This document shows, piece by piece, positions 20,507 through 30,290 of a stretch of 64,000 nt of DNA. The translations under genes and the position numbers were made by a program. The notes beneath the pieces are model-generated. The model was not told the DNA's origin, ran no database searches, and saw only the letters and a list, made by a program, of their open reading frames with translations. This DNA is from Myxococcota bacterium (GTDB lineage Bacteria; Myxococcota_A; UBA796; CAJQPC01), in NCBI GenBank assembly GCA_036012755.1, contig DASCPX010000160.1, forward strand, positions 1 to 64,000, given 5' to 3'. Positions within the stretch are counted from its first letter, which is position 1. Every line of letters starts with the position of its first letter.

Positions 20507-21463
20507 ATGCACAAGCCCGCGCAGTGGATGCGAGATGCTGTCGCTGCGGGTGGTGAGCTCCACTGGGCCAAGCAGGACCCGTGGAAGCACAACCTGCTCA
20601 ACATCACAGCCGCCGCCGCACTCTGGGCCACCATCGCCCTGTTGATCGCCTGGGGCTCGGTCGCCTGGACGCCCGTCCACGTCCTGGTGGCCGGTCCGCT
20701 TCTGGGATGCTGTTTCCTCGCCCACTACGTGCTCATCGTCCACGAGTGCAGCCACAACATGTTCGTGCTGCACCCGGACCGGGCCCGGCAGAAGGCGCTC
20801 AACCGGACAATCGGCATCATCGCTGGCGGCATGTTCTTCACGGACTACCTGGAGCACTGGGAGAAGGGACACACGATCCACCATCTCCACCCTTGCGAGG
20901 ACGACGATCCCCAGGACCGGGACCCGATCACCGGCTGGGCGCTCTATCGGCAGTACCTGGCGCTCGTACTGATCCCGCTCTACCCGCTGAAGCTCAACCC
21001 CAGCAACCAGTACGGCTTCAGCATCAAGCGCTTGCTCGGCGGACTGGCCTTCTTCGGGCCGCTCATCGCGGTGGTCGCGTTTCTGGTGAACCCGTGGTCG
21101 GTGCTCACCGTCCTGGTCGGATTCCACACGCTCATGGCGCTGAACCTGACGAAGAAGGCCCAGGAGCACGGCTGCGGGCTCAAGTTCGAGGAGTTCCGGA
21201 TCCTGCGTTCCCGGACCTACTTCTACCCGACCTCACTCCTGACGAGTCCCTTCAACATCAACTACCACTTCGAGCACCACGCCAACTTCAACGTGCCCTG
21301 GTACGCCCTCCCCGCCTACCACCAGCGTCTGCTCGATGTCGTCCCCGAGCCGCTTCGGCCCTACTACTTCCACCGAGAGTTCCTGAAGCAGCTCAGCGGC
21401 GCCAAGACCCTCCCTCCGGACGAACTGCGGGCCCTCACCCGAGCCGGAGAAGAGGCCGCGTAG
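20507..21463 (+). CDS. Membrane fatty acid desaturase
   Basis: His boxes HECSH, HTIHH and HFEHH; VPWYALP. Confidence 0.9.
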   Translation: MHKPAQWMRDAVAAGGELHWAKQDPWKHNLLNITAAAALWATIALLIAWGSVAWTPVHVLVAGPLLGCCFLAHYVLIVHECSHNMFVLHPDRARQKALNRTIGIIAGGMFFTDYLEHWEKGHTIHHLHPCEDDDPQDRDPITGWALYRQYLALVLIPLYPLKLNPSNQYGFSIKRLLGGLAFFGPLIAVVAFLVNPWSVLTVLVGFHTLMALNLTKKAQEHGCGLKFEEFRILRSRTYFYPTSLLTSPFNINYHFEHHANFNVPWYALPAYHQRLLDVVPEPLRPYYFHREFLKQLSGAKTLPPDELRALTRAGEEAA

Positions 21464-21474
21464 AAGAGGGCGCC

Positions 21475-22680
21475 CTACCTCGAGCTGACGAGGGCCAGGA
21501 CGCGGCTGGCGCTGCGCTCGTCCTCGCTCAGCGCCATCGCCTGGAAGCGGCACAAGGCGCGACCAGCCAGCTCGATGGCCTCGCCCGGGCGGGTCGCGGC
21601 GACGGCCTGGCCGAGGAGGACCATCGCGCGGCTGTGCCACACCCGGTCCCCCGTGAGGTCCTCCATCGCCTGCCGAAGATCATCGACGGTTCTCTCGCCT
21701 CCCTCTTCGCCGAAGCCCGCGAGGAAGCGCTCGAGGCGGGCGCGGCCAGCCAGGATCGGCGCTCCCGCGGTCTCCGCCAACAGGACAGCCGCGTCGAGAT
21801 CCGCCCAGGCCGCATCAGAGCCGCCGGCCACACGACAGAGCCCGCGGGCCAACCTGGTCCGGGCCTCCAGCAGCACCAGCCCCCTGGACCCCGCATAGTC
21901 GACGGGGCCATCGAGCAGTCCAGGGAGGAAGGTGGCCCCAGAGGTCAACACCGCCATGGCGCGCTCGGCCTCGAGCTGGAAGAGCGCGGCCCGACGCCGA
22001 GATTCCTGGAAATGACCAGCCGCCCCGCCCAGAAAAGCGAAGCACTCGTCGAACTCCCCCTTGATGAGGCAGATGTCAGCGAGCTCACAGAGGGCACCGC
22101 CAGCAGCCGCCGCGGCCTGGGGATGGTCCGCGAGCACCTGGTGGATCTGTATGAAGCCCTCTGCGGCGTCGTCGAGCTGGCCCTGCATGCGCTGGAGCTG
22201 CGCGCGCCGAAAGCGAGCCGCGAGGACAGCCCCACCGCGTGCCTCGGCCTCGAGCTGTTCGACGAGGTTGGCCAGGCCCAGCAGATCCCCTCGCGACAAC
22301 AGCACACCCGCGAGCGTGTCAGCGACGACGAGCCGCAGCCCCGGTGTCGTCATCTTGGCGAGGAGCTCACCGGCGACCCGAGCCGCACCGCGCAGCTGGC
22401 CGATGTCCGCCATGGCAGCGACGAGGCGCACCTCCAGGGCCGGGCGAGCGTCCCCTTCCGCCAGGGCCATGGCCTCCTCGAGGGCAGCCAGCATGCTCGC
22501 CGGGCGGTCGTCGCGGCGCAACGCCTCGACCCGTTCGTTCGCCCCCCTCTGGGCCAGCTCCAGGTCGCCGACCTGCATCGCCAGCGCGTGGACGCGGCCC
22601 CAGGCGTCCGCCGCCTGGTCCCAGCGAGCGGCCACGGTGAGGGCCTCTGCGGCGACCAGCTCGTCGGCGAGCTCCGCCAT
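21475..22680 (-). CDS. TPR-like alpha-helical hypothetical protein
   Basis: Ala/Leu-rich helical repeats; ATG overlaps the upstream TGA. Confidence 0.65.
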   Translation of the reverse strand: MAELADELVAAEALTVAARWDQAADAWGRVHALAMQVGDLELAQRGANERVEALRRDDRPASMLAALEEAMALAEGDARPALEVRLVAAMADIGQLRGAARVAGELLAKMTTPGLRLVVADTLAGVLLSRGDLLGLANLVEQLEAEARGGAVLAARFRRAQLQRMQGQLDDAAEGFIQIHQVLADHPQAAAAAGGALCELADICLIKGEFDECFAFLGGAAGHFQESRRRAALFQLEAERAMAVLTSGATFLPGLLDGPVDYAGSRGLVLLEARTRLARGLCRVAGGSDAAWADLDAAVLLAETAGAPILAGRARLERFLAGFGEEGGERTVDDLRQAMEDLTGDRVWHSRAMVLLGQAVAATRPGEAIELAGRALCRFQAMALSEDERSASRVLALVSSR

Positions 22681-23723
22681 CAGAAGCGGCCGGTGATCAC
22701 GACTCCGCCCCCGCCCTCGGCAGGCACAGCCAGGATGCCGATCCGGTCGTTGACCAGCACCCCTGCGGTAGCGCAACCGGCTCCGGCGACAAGCAGCCCC
22801 ATCGTCGCGTATCGGGAGCTGTCGAAGGTCGATGTCAGCGACTCGGCGCTGCCACGATCGAGGCTGGCCGGGTTGGCCCGAGCGGCCTCGATGTCGTCGA
22901 AGGTCGGCTCGACGACGAGGAAGTTCACGGCGGCACCGCCGACGAGGAGCGCTGCGCCTCCACCCATGAGACCGATGCTGGCGACATCGATGTCGAGGGG
23001 CTCACGCTCCTTCTTCTCCCGAGGCTCGCGTTCCTTCTTCTCCCGAGGCTCGCGTTCCTTCTTCTCCCGAGGTTCGCGCTCCTTCTTCTCCCGAGGTTCG
23101 CGCTCCTTCTTCGGCTCCTCCTCAGGGTCATCGACGAACGCGTAGGGATCGTCGTCACCGCCCGAGAAGACGACCTTGCCACGGCACTGCTTGTAGAGGT
23201 CGACGTTCTCGTCGATCTCCATCCACTCGGTCTCGACCTTGCCGTTGGGGCACATGACCTGCACGAGGTGGTTCCCCCGCCGGACGTAGTCGTACTCCGT
23301 CATCAGGTGGCCATCGACGAAGATCCTGGCGTCGACCGCGTCCTCGCGCGCCCCTGACTCGTACTTGGGCCGCTGTCCGACCTCCGAGCGCAGGGCGTAG
23401 AAGAGGTCGTCCGTCTCCGGGTCCGGGATCGCCTCGCGGTCGAAGGAGTACTCGAGGTCGATGACCAGGGCCGCCCTGAGGTCTCGCAACATCGCCTCGC
23501 TGCGATCACCAGAGTGGTACTCGACAGCGCCCCGATAGAACCAGATGCCTGCCAGGGTCGAGCCGAGCACGACCGTCTCGGTCTTGCCAGCCTCTGTCTC
23601 CGCTCGATCCAGCGCGTCGAGTGCCCCGTCGTAGTCGCCCTCGATGACGAGCGAGCGAGCCCGCGCGACGTCCTCTTCGACGGGTCCGGCCCAGGCCATT
23701 GAGATGAGGAGGTTCACTCGCAC
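22680..23723 (-). CDS. Exported/membrane protein with TPR-like and PEGA-like N-terminal part, KKEREPRE repeats and hydrophobic C-terminus
   Basis: Short signal ...MAWA|G; IFVDG; two Gly-rich hydrophobic stretches; terminal GRF. Confidence 0.65.
   Translation of the reverse strand: MRVNLLISMAWAGPVEEDVARARSLVIEGDYDGALDALDRAETEAGKTETVVLGSTLAGIWFYRGAVEYHSGDRSEAMLRDLRAALVIDLEYSFDREAIPDPETDDLFYALRSEVGQRPKYESGAREDAVDARIFVDGHLMTEYDYVRRGNHLVQVMCPNGKVETEWMEIDENVDLYKQCRGKVVFSGGDDDPYAFVDDPEEEPKKEREPREKKEREPREKKEREPREKKEREPREKKEREPLDIDVASIGLMGGGAALLVGGAAVNFLVVEPTFDDIEAARANPASLDRGSAESLTSTFDSSRYATMGLLVAGAGCATAGVLVNDRIGILAVPAEGGGGVVITGRF
22998..23112 (-). repeat. 24-bp coding tandem repeat (KKEREPRE), about 5 copies
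   Basis: Directly visible. Confidence 0.95.
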
Positions 23724-25618
23724 CCCACAGGTGACCAGTCGCTTTCCTTCGCCAGGTTCGCTCGGAAGGTGCAGGTCTGGCCCGCGACCACCTCGACGGT
23801 GCTGCGGTTGCTGCCCAGCTTCGTCCGGTATGTGCCCCCGGCGAGATCGCCGACCGCGTAGGTCCCGGATCCCTCGAAGCTGCCCTTGTAGCCGAGGCTG
23901 TTCGACAACGTCAGGGTCATCGCATCGGGGGGGCTCACCTTGAAGACGAGCACACCCGTGCTCTCCGTGGGTGCCGGGATCTCGACCTCGACAGGTACGA
24001 CGACCGCTGGCGTGGGGACCGGCACATCGACTTCGTCCTCGCCCAACTGCGTGCTGGCGTACCAGGCGCCAGCGCCCAGGATCGTTATCAGGAGGAGGCC
24101 CACCAGCACGAACAGCGCGCCCTTTCCGCGTGCCTTCGGCGCCTCCGCGTGCTCCTCCGCGTCCGGGGGCGGAGGTGGCTCCCAGGCGATGTCCTCCACC
24201 TTGTGTGCGTGGGGCTCGTCCTCTTCTGGTGGGGTCCAGTCCACGTCGTGGGAGCGCTCCTCGAGCTCCCTCTGTTCGTCGTCCTGTACCGCGGCCTGCA
24301 TCCCCTCCGGATCGGCCATGGAGGTGCTCGCCTCGATGATCTCCGGGTCCACCGGGTCTTCTCGGGTCTCCGGCTCGTAGAAGGAGTCCTCCTCCAGTTC
24401 GCCGTCCGGGAGCCTGGTCCGGCTCTCCACCAGCTCGGAGGCCCCCTGGACCGGGCGGAGCCCGGAGCCATCCTCGGGGAGGAAATCGTCGAAGGTGTCC
24501 GCGGCGGCCTTCTGCGGGTCTTCCGACTCCTCCTGCGGCTGCTCACGCGGCGAGGAGAGGTCATCCAGCAGGTAGGTTTGGTCGATCGCCCGCGCGGCGC
24601 TGTCGCTGGCAGGGAGCCCGTCGGTCTCGATGGTCCCGCTGCGGTCCTCGAAGACGGTCGCGCCTGCTAGTGTCGCGCCCTCTGCCAAGTGCGGGTGCGC
24701 GACCATCGCTGGACCCACGTGCTTCTTCGCGAAGCGGCGGAGCGAGTCGTCCGGAGCTGCGTCGGCGAGCTGCTCCATGATGTCCACGACCTCTTCGCTG
24801 GTCGGCCGATCCCCCGGTTCGTACTCGAGCATCGCCCGGAGGGTCGCACGCGCCCGGTCCGCCTCGGCGACATCGAGACCCGAGAGATCGAGGCTCATCA
24901 ACCGATCGCCCATGGACTTGGCGTAGCGTTCGGGGCGAATGTGGATCTTGCCGAAGGCACCACCGGCGATGATCTCGAAGGTCGTCACCCCCAGGCTGAA
25001 GACATCCGCAGCGGGGGTGTCCGGGTCACCCAGCAGCCGCTCCGGCGCCATGTAGGCCTGGGAGCCGAAGGCCAGGGCCTGGGTGTGAGCCTCGCGCTGG
25101 TCGAAGTTGGCGCGCGCGGTCCCGAAGTCGAGGAGCTTCACGTCCCCGTCGGCGGTCAGCATGATGTTGCTGGGCTTGATGTCCCTGTGGATGAGCCTGA
25201 GCGGCTCACCCCCCTGCAGCGGCACGTGGTTGTAGGCAGCGTGCAGGGCGTTCGAGACGTGGCCCACTGCCTGGAAGGCGGAGCGCAGGGGCACGCGGTC
25301 GCCGATGCCGACGAGGTAGTTGACCACCGTCTTGAGGTCGACCCCCTCAAGGTACTCCATGATGACGGCGCACTGGCCACGAATGGAGGTCAGGTCCTCG
25401 ACCCGGACGATGTTCCGGTGCCGGAGACGGCCCAACAGCCGCGCCTCGTCCCGGGATCGCTGGGCGATCTCCTCGTGCGTCGTCCACTTGCCGTGAAGCA
25501 GCTTGATCGCGACGACGCTGCTGAAGTCGTCGCCCGTGATCATCTCGGCCAGGTACACCTTGCCGAAGCCGCCCTCAGCCAGCTCGCGGATGAAGCGAAA
25601 GCGACGCCTTGGCTGCAC
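23714..25618 (-). CDS. Membrane-anchored Hanks-type Ser/Thr protein kinase (start approximate)
   Basis: LAEGGFGKVY, VAIK, HRDIKPSN, DFG, YMAPE; acidic linker, one TM helix, small external beta domain. Confidence 0.92.
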   Translation of the reverse strand: MQPRRRFRFIRELAEGGFGKVYLAEMITGDDFSSVVAIKLLHGKWTTHEEIAQRSRDEARLLGRLRHRNIVRVEDLTSIRGQCAVIMEYLEGVDLKTVVNYLVGIGDRVPLRSAFQAVGHVSNALHAAYNHVPLQGGEPLRLIHRDIKPSNIMLTADGDVKLLDFGTARANFDQREAHTQALAFGSQAYMAPERLLGDPDTPAADVFSLGVTTFEIIAGGAFGKIHIRPERYAKSMGDRLMSLDLSGLDVAEADRARATLRAMLEYEPGDRPTSEEVVDIMEQLADAAPDDSLRRFAKKHVGPAMVAHPHLAEGATLAGATVFEDRSGTIETDGLPASDSAARAIDQTYLLDDLSSPREQPQEESEDPQKAAADTFDDFLPEDGSGLRPVQGASELVESRTRLPDGELEEDSFYEPETREDPVDPEIIEASTSMADPEGMQAAVQDDEQRELEERSHDVDWTPPEEDEPHAHKVEDIAWEPPPPPDAEEHAEAPKARGKGALFVLVGLLLITILGAGAWYASTQLGEDEVDVPVPTPAVVVPVEVEIPAPTESTGVLVFKVSPPDAMTLTLSNSLGYKGSFEGSGTYAVGDLAGGTYRTKLGSNRSTVEVVAGQTCTFRANLAKESDWSPVGCE

Positions 25619-25677
25619 GTGTCCCTGGGGTTCCAGAATGCCGCGGGAGTATATCCGTTCGGCTTGTTCCCGCCCCT

Positions 25678-26412
25678 TCAGCCGCCCCCGCAGACGCCAT
25701 CCTCGGCGGTTGCGAGCTCCACCACGAGGTGCATCGCCGCGAAGTACTTCGTGACCTTGTCGCGGACTCCCGGCTCCTCCTCCAGCACCGACGCCCACGA
25801 CCAGCGCTGGGTCATGCCAGGGCCCCAGGGCGAGTTCTTCTCGAGCACATCCCGCTCCCGAGCCGCCAGGATCGCCGCGATGCCCATCAGCGTCGCGTCC
25901 GGCTTGCGCTCCTCTGCGAGCTCCAGCTCGGCGTAGACGGCACCGATCGGCGCTCCCTTGCTCCAGTCCTGCCAGGTGAGCTGGCTCGTCCGCTGGAGGT
26001 TGATCGGCCGCCGGGTGCCGTCCTTTTCGACCTCGATGAGGTAGCGCAGCGCGCCGTAGCGAGGACGCACACCCGCCTGCCCGCACAGGGCATCCTCCAG
26101 GGCTTCGGCGTCCTCGACGTTCTCGAAGAGGTACTTGATGCGGTCGGTGTAGCGGTCCTCGTAGTCACGGATCCGGGTGCCGACGGCGGCCGCGAGATCC
26201 TCGTCCATGCCGAAGGTCAGCAGGTTCTCCTCCCGCTTTGACGACGAGTAGCGGAGGTTGAGGAGCGGATCGACCTCGCCAGCGAGGACCCGCCCCTCGG
26301 CCGTGGTCTGGAGCTTGGCGAAGTAGCTCTCCTCCTCCTCGTAGAGCAGGTAGAGGTTCAGTCCGCCGAGCACCAGCAAGGAGCTGGCGACCATCCAGGT
26401 ACGGGCGCTCAT
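25678..26412 (-). CDS. Hypothetical protein with an N-terminal membrane anchor
   Basis: Hydrophobic N-terminus, two Cys, typical codon usage, operon position. Confidence 0.7.
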   Translation of the reverse strand: MSARTWMVASSLLVLGGLNLYLLYEEEESYFAKLQTTAEGRVLAGEVDPLLNLRYSSSKREENLLTFGMDEDLAAAVGTRIRDYEDRYTDRIKYLFENVEDAEALEDALCGQAGVRPRYGALRYLIEVEKDGTRRPINLQRTSQLTWQDWSKGAPIGAVYAELELAEERKPDATLMGIAAILAARERDVLEKNSPWGPGMTQRWSWASVLEEEPGVRDKVTKYFAAMHLVVELATAEDGVCGGG

Positions 26413-26419
26413 GGAAGCC

Positions 26420-28015
26420 TCATCGGTGCTCGGCGACCTGGTCGGCGGTCGGCACGGCGAGCTCCGTGCAGTACCCGGTGCCACGGCTGTAGTCGCGCCA
26501 GCCCGCGAACTCGGTCTCGTTTCCGTAGTTCATCCCGTAGTAGCAGACGGCGAGGAAGTGCTGAGCGATGATCTTGTAGGCGTAGTGCTGGGTGTGCTGA
26601 TGCAGCTCCGAGCCGCAGCTGTCCATGTTCGCGTAGTCGTTGGTCGCGCAGCGGACCTGCTGGCCGAGGAAGCTCGGGTCGTACTCGAGTCGCTGGTTGC
26701 GCAGCCAGCGCTCGTAGGCCGGCTTGAGGTTGGTCGCTTTCTTCCTTCCGCCGTTGTAGAGCCCGTCGTCGTAGCCTCCGTTGTGCGAGGCGATCGTGAT
26801 CTGGACGGCGGCTCCCGACTCTGCGATCACCCCATCGTCCCAGGCCTCTGCGAGCAGCTCGACGGCGCCGCGCGTGCTCTCGCCGAGGTCGCTGCGGAGA
26901 TCGATCTCGCAGCTGGTGATGCGGCACTTCTCATTCTTCATGTACTGAGCGTTCTTCAGCACGCCGCGCGGAGGGGTCAGCTCGGTCGGCGTCCACACGG
27001 TCTTGGTGCCGGCGAACTTGCAGTTCTGGACGTCTACATCGACCCGGTGGGCGACCTCCGGCATGAGCTGCCACCAGCCCATCGCGCAGACCGGGGACAC
27101 GGCATCAGCGATATAGCGGGACTCGGTGTAGGGGATGGCCGCGAAGACCTCTGGGAGCTCCGCGCGGCGCAGCTGGCGAATGACGTAGGCGTAGTCGTCG
27201 CGGACCTCGTCGAGGCGGACGAAGAACGACCAGGCCTGCACGTGCTGCTCCAGGCTGCGCGTGGTGTGCTCCATCAGCTGGCGGTCCCAGTTCTCCTTGT
27301 CCTCGAGGATCTCAGGGCGTCTGGCGGCCGCCGCGTTGGGCTTCTGGACGAACTCCGCCCAGGGCTGCTCGAGGCCAGCGTAGAGGGTCGTGTTGAGCTC
27401 GCTCGTCAGGTCGACGACCTCGTAGACCTCCATGCCCGCGTCCCTGGGACCGATGATGTCGATGTCCTTCTGGAACTCGCCGACCAGCGGCGTCACGACG
27501 GCGACGGCGGTGCCCACCGCGATGAGCAGGACGCCGGGGATGAACCACATCGGGATGTTGCGATTGGCCCGAAGCTCCTGGACGTCGGTGGCCTCGACGA
27601 TCGGGTCTGCCTCGGCCGCAGACGAGATCACCCGCTGCTGCTCCCACACACCGAGGCGGCGGCACTCGACGAAGTGCACCGTGCAGCCACGGCCAGGGGG
27701 GCCGAGGTGGAAGGCGCAGCCGTCGGAGAGGTAGGCGGGGCCTCGCAGAGGTCGGACCGTCTGCCAGTCCACGTTGGGGTGCGCCGCGAGCCGTACCTGG
27801 TTGTTCCCGACAGGCGCGATGCTCACCGACGAGCCGTCGTAGGCGGTGATGACCGCCTGCCGATCGTCCAGGCCCCGATAGCCCTCGACCTTCAGCCCAC
27901 CCGGTCCGGGATTCGAGCCGATCCGGATGACGGGCCCGCGGCACACGAGGTCGCCCTGGAGCGCCATCGGCCCATCCGGAAAGTAGATGACGACGTCCCA
28001 CCGCTCCTGGCTCAT
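26420..28015 (-). CDS. Degenerate FHA-like domain + TM helix + SLT-family lytic transglycosylase
   Basis: IPYTESRY (catalytic Glu), AMGWWQLMP, SHNGG, TQHYAYKI; N-terminal beta domain IRIGS...AVI...FHLG. Confidence 0.8.
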   Translation of the reverse strand: MSQERWDVVIYFPDGPMALQGDLVCRGPVIRIGSNPGPGGLKVEGYRGLDDRQAVITAYDGSSVSIAPVGNNQVRLAAHPNVDWQTVRPLRGPAYLSDGCAFHLGPPGRGCTVHFVECRRLGVWEQQRVISSAAEADPIVEATDVQELRANRNIPMWFIPGVLLIAVGTAVAVVTPLVGEFQKDIDIIGPRDAGMEVYEVVDLTSELNTTLYAGLEQPWAEFVQKPNAAAARRPEILEDKENWDRQLMEHTTRSLEQHVQAWSFFVRLDEVRDDYAYVIRQLRRAELPEVFAAIPYTESRYIADAVSPVCAMGWWQLMPEVAHRVDVDVQNCKFAGTKTVWTPTELTPPRGVLKNAQYMKNEKCRITSCEIDLRSDLGESTRGAVELLAEAWDDGVIAESGAAVQITIASHNGGYDDGLYNGGRKKATNLKPAYERWLRNQRLEYDPSFLGQQVRCATNDYANMDSCGSELHQHTQHYAYKIIAQHFLAVCYYGMNYGNETEFAGWRDYSRGTGYCTELAVPTADQVAEHR

Positions 28016-30231
28016 CGGGTCAGGACGAGGGTCGCGCCGGAGAGGTTGAGCTCGTCGAGCAGCAGGTGCGGCGACAGGGGCTGCTCTCCGAGGAGCAGGA
28101 ACCACTTGCCCGGCTCGAGCTCGAGCCAGGTGGTGAGCGCGTCGCACACCGTGGCGACGGTGAGCACCGTGGACACCGGGGTCCGGAAGACCGTCGGGGG
28201 GTCGCCCCGGACCTCGACGCGTACCCAGACCTCGCGCACGGCGACCGGGTGCAAGGTCAAGGGCTGGTCCCCATCGAGCGAGGAGAGGACCGTGTCTCCG
28301 GGGAAGGGCCCGTTCCGATCACCGAGCCGGTAGCCGAGGCGGACGCGACCCTGGAGATCGGTCCGCACCGGGACCAGCGTGCCCGTGAGGAAGGCCACCG
28401 CGGCCGCGAGCGTGAAGCCGCCCGGGATGCGTGTCTTCACCGTGGTGCCGCCCGGCCCCCTTATGATCCTGAAGGTCAGGGCCTTGCCGCCGCGGCTCGC
28501 CGGAAGTGGGTCCGGAGGCCGGACCGAGCTCGGCGAGAGCTGGCGGATGGCGGGCTCTGCCGGGGCGCTCACGCCACGCATCGGCTCCGACGCGACCGGC
28601 TTCGAGGTCTGGGCGACCGCGCTGTCCTCGTCCGGGAGCGGAGCGGCCCCGAAAGCCACCGGCGCCTCGGTCAGCTCCGGGCGGCTGGGAGGCGCCACCG
28701 GGCTGGGAGGCGCGAGCTCCGCAGCCTCGGGCTTCGGCGAAGACCGACGACGACGTCGCTTCTGCCGCTTTCTCGGGGGGAGGCTCGGGTCGTCGCCGGC
28801 GGTGCTGCTCAGGATGGCGTCGATGACATCCGAGGCCGACCGACCGTCATCCCGCGCCGGCCCGTGTTCATCCGAAGAGGTCGAGATCAGCCGGATGATG
28901 TCGTCGGCGGACTTGTCCAGGGCGACGGCGCCCGGCGCGATCGCTCCGCTGTCGACGGGTCCCTCGAGATCCTCTTCCGGGGGCGCGGCGCGCTTGTTCG
29001 GCCTGGACCGACGCCCTCGACCCGGCTTTCCCCAGCGGCCGGAGCTCTTGGTGGGATCCGGCGGAGGGTCTGGCTCCGGCTTCGCCGCGGCCTGCTCACT
29101 CGGATCCGCGACAGGATCCGGATCCGGCTCGGGAGCGGGATCCGTGGGGCCCTCGTCCCGGCTCTTGTCGGTGGACAGCCTCGCTGCAGTGCGACGGCGG
29201 CGCTTCTTCGACGGCGGCGCCCACGCCGTGGCTCGCTTGGGCTCCGCGGGCTCGGCGTCGCCTGTCTCCTCGCCCAGCATGCGCTTGATGTCGTCGCGCG
29301 ACATGCCCATGGTCTTTCCGTCGTCGAGGCCCTCGCCGATCCTGCGCTGCTGCGCGGAGACCCGGTCCATCACGTCCATGAGCGGCTCGCCCGTCTCCAG
29401 CGTCGCCAGCACCGCCTGCACGTCGTCGAGGAAGGCGTCACCGTCCGGGTGGCGGTCGTCGGGCTGGGCACGCAGGCAGGTCTTGAGCAGCTCGCTGACG
29501 GCTCCAGGCAGCTGGTCCTTGAAGCGGAACAGCCGACGGCTCCCCTCCCCGCGTGATGCCTGGGTGCGGATGTCGTTGACGAGCCCGTCGTAGACCGGCT
29601 TCCCGGTCATGAACTCGAAGGCGATGAGCGCCAGGGCGAACAGGTCCGCGCTGAGTTCCTCGCTCGCACCCTCCATGCGCTCCGGCGGGCAGTATCGGAA
29701 GGAGTCCTCCTTCGGCACGTCCCGGTTGTTGGACTGGAAGAGCAGGATCTCGACCTGTGGCAGGGCGTAGCCGAGGATCTCCACCTGCCCGTCGGCCTTG
29801 AGCATCACGCGCCAGGGGGTGAGTCCGCCGTGGGAGTAGATGCCGTGGGACTCACCGGACTCTGCTGCCTCGACGAGGACCTGCCCTGCCGCGAACATCA
29901 GCTCGAGGCCAGCGCGCACGCCAGCGACCTGGCCCGTGTCAGCCAGACTGCGCACGACCTCTGACGCCGACCACGCCTGCCCGGTCGGGTAGATGAACGC
30001 GCCCTCGTCGTGGTCGTGAGCGACGAGCTCGAGGAGGCCCGTCACGTAGGGCGACTCGAGGAAGTCGACGACGACGTCGAGAGCCGAGTTGATCGCCGGA
30101 TGTTCACGGCATTCCGGGTGGAACACCAGGCCGGTGTGGCGGTAGCCATCTTCGCCCTCGAACTCGACGAGGTCAGCGCCAGGGCCGATTGTGCTCCGCC
30201 CGGTGGGCGAGAATCCCGCGATGGGCTGCAT
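28012..30231 (-). CDS. Pseudokinase with a long disordered linker and two putative ubiquitin-like (beta-grasp) C-terminal domains
   Basis: Kinase C-lobe motifs YCPPE and ADLFALALIAFEFMTGKP present; HRD loop reads HGGLTPWR, DFG reads LGY, no Gly loop or VAIK. Confidence 0.75.
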   Translation of the reverse strand: MQPIAGFSPTGRSTIGPGADLVEFEGEDGYRHTGLVFHPECREHPAINSALDVVVDFLESPYVTGLLELVAHDHDEGAFIYPTGQAWSASEVVRSLADTGQVAGVRAGLELMFAAGQVLVEAAESGESHGIYSHGGLTPWRVMLKADGQVEILGYALPQVEILLFQSNNRDVPKEDSFRYCPPERMEGASEELSADLFALALIAFEFMTGKPVYDGLVNDIRTQASRGEGSRRLFRFKDQLPGAVSELLKTCLRAQPDDRHPDGDAFLDDVQAVLATLETGEPLMDVMDRVSAQQRRIGEGLDDGKTMGMSRDDIKRMLGEETGDAEPAEPKRATAWAPPSKKRRRRTAARLSTDKSRDEGPTDPAPEPDPDPVADPSEQAAAKPEPDPPPDPTKSSGRWGKPGRGRRSRPNKRAAPPEEDLEGPVDSGAIAPGAVALDKSADDIIRLISTSSDEHGPARDDGRSASDVIDAILSSTAGDDPSLPPRKRQKRRRRRSSPKPEAAELAPPSPVAPPSRPELTEAPVAFGAAPLPDEDSAVAQTSKPVASEPMRGVSAPAEPAIRQLSPSSVRPPDPLPASRGGKALTFRIIRGPGGTTVKTRIPGGFTLAAAVAFLTGTLVPVRTDLQGRVRLGYRLGDRNGPFPGDTVLSSLDGDQPLTLHPVAVREVWVRVEVRGDPPTVFRTPVSTVLTVATVCDALTTWLELEPGKWFLLLGEQPLSPHLLLDELNLSGATLVLTR

Positions 30232-30290
30232 TCCGTGGGCCTCTGTAGGGGCGAATCCTAACTCTGCCCGCCGCGAGGGTAGAGTCGTGT

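Noticed and set aside
20581..23145. 854-aa plus-strand ORF, and similar long ORFs at 10331..12256, 16881..18740, 26411..28333 and 32149..34104
   Set aside because: Off-frame or antisense to genes with clear motifs; no recognisable domains
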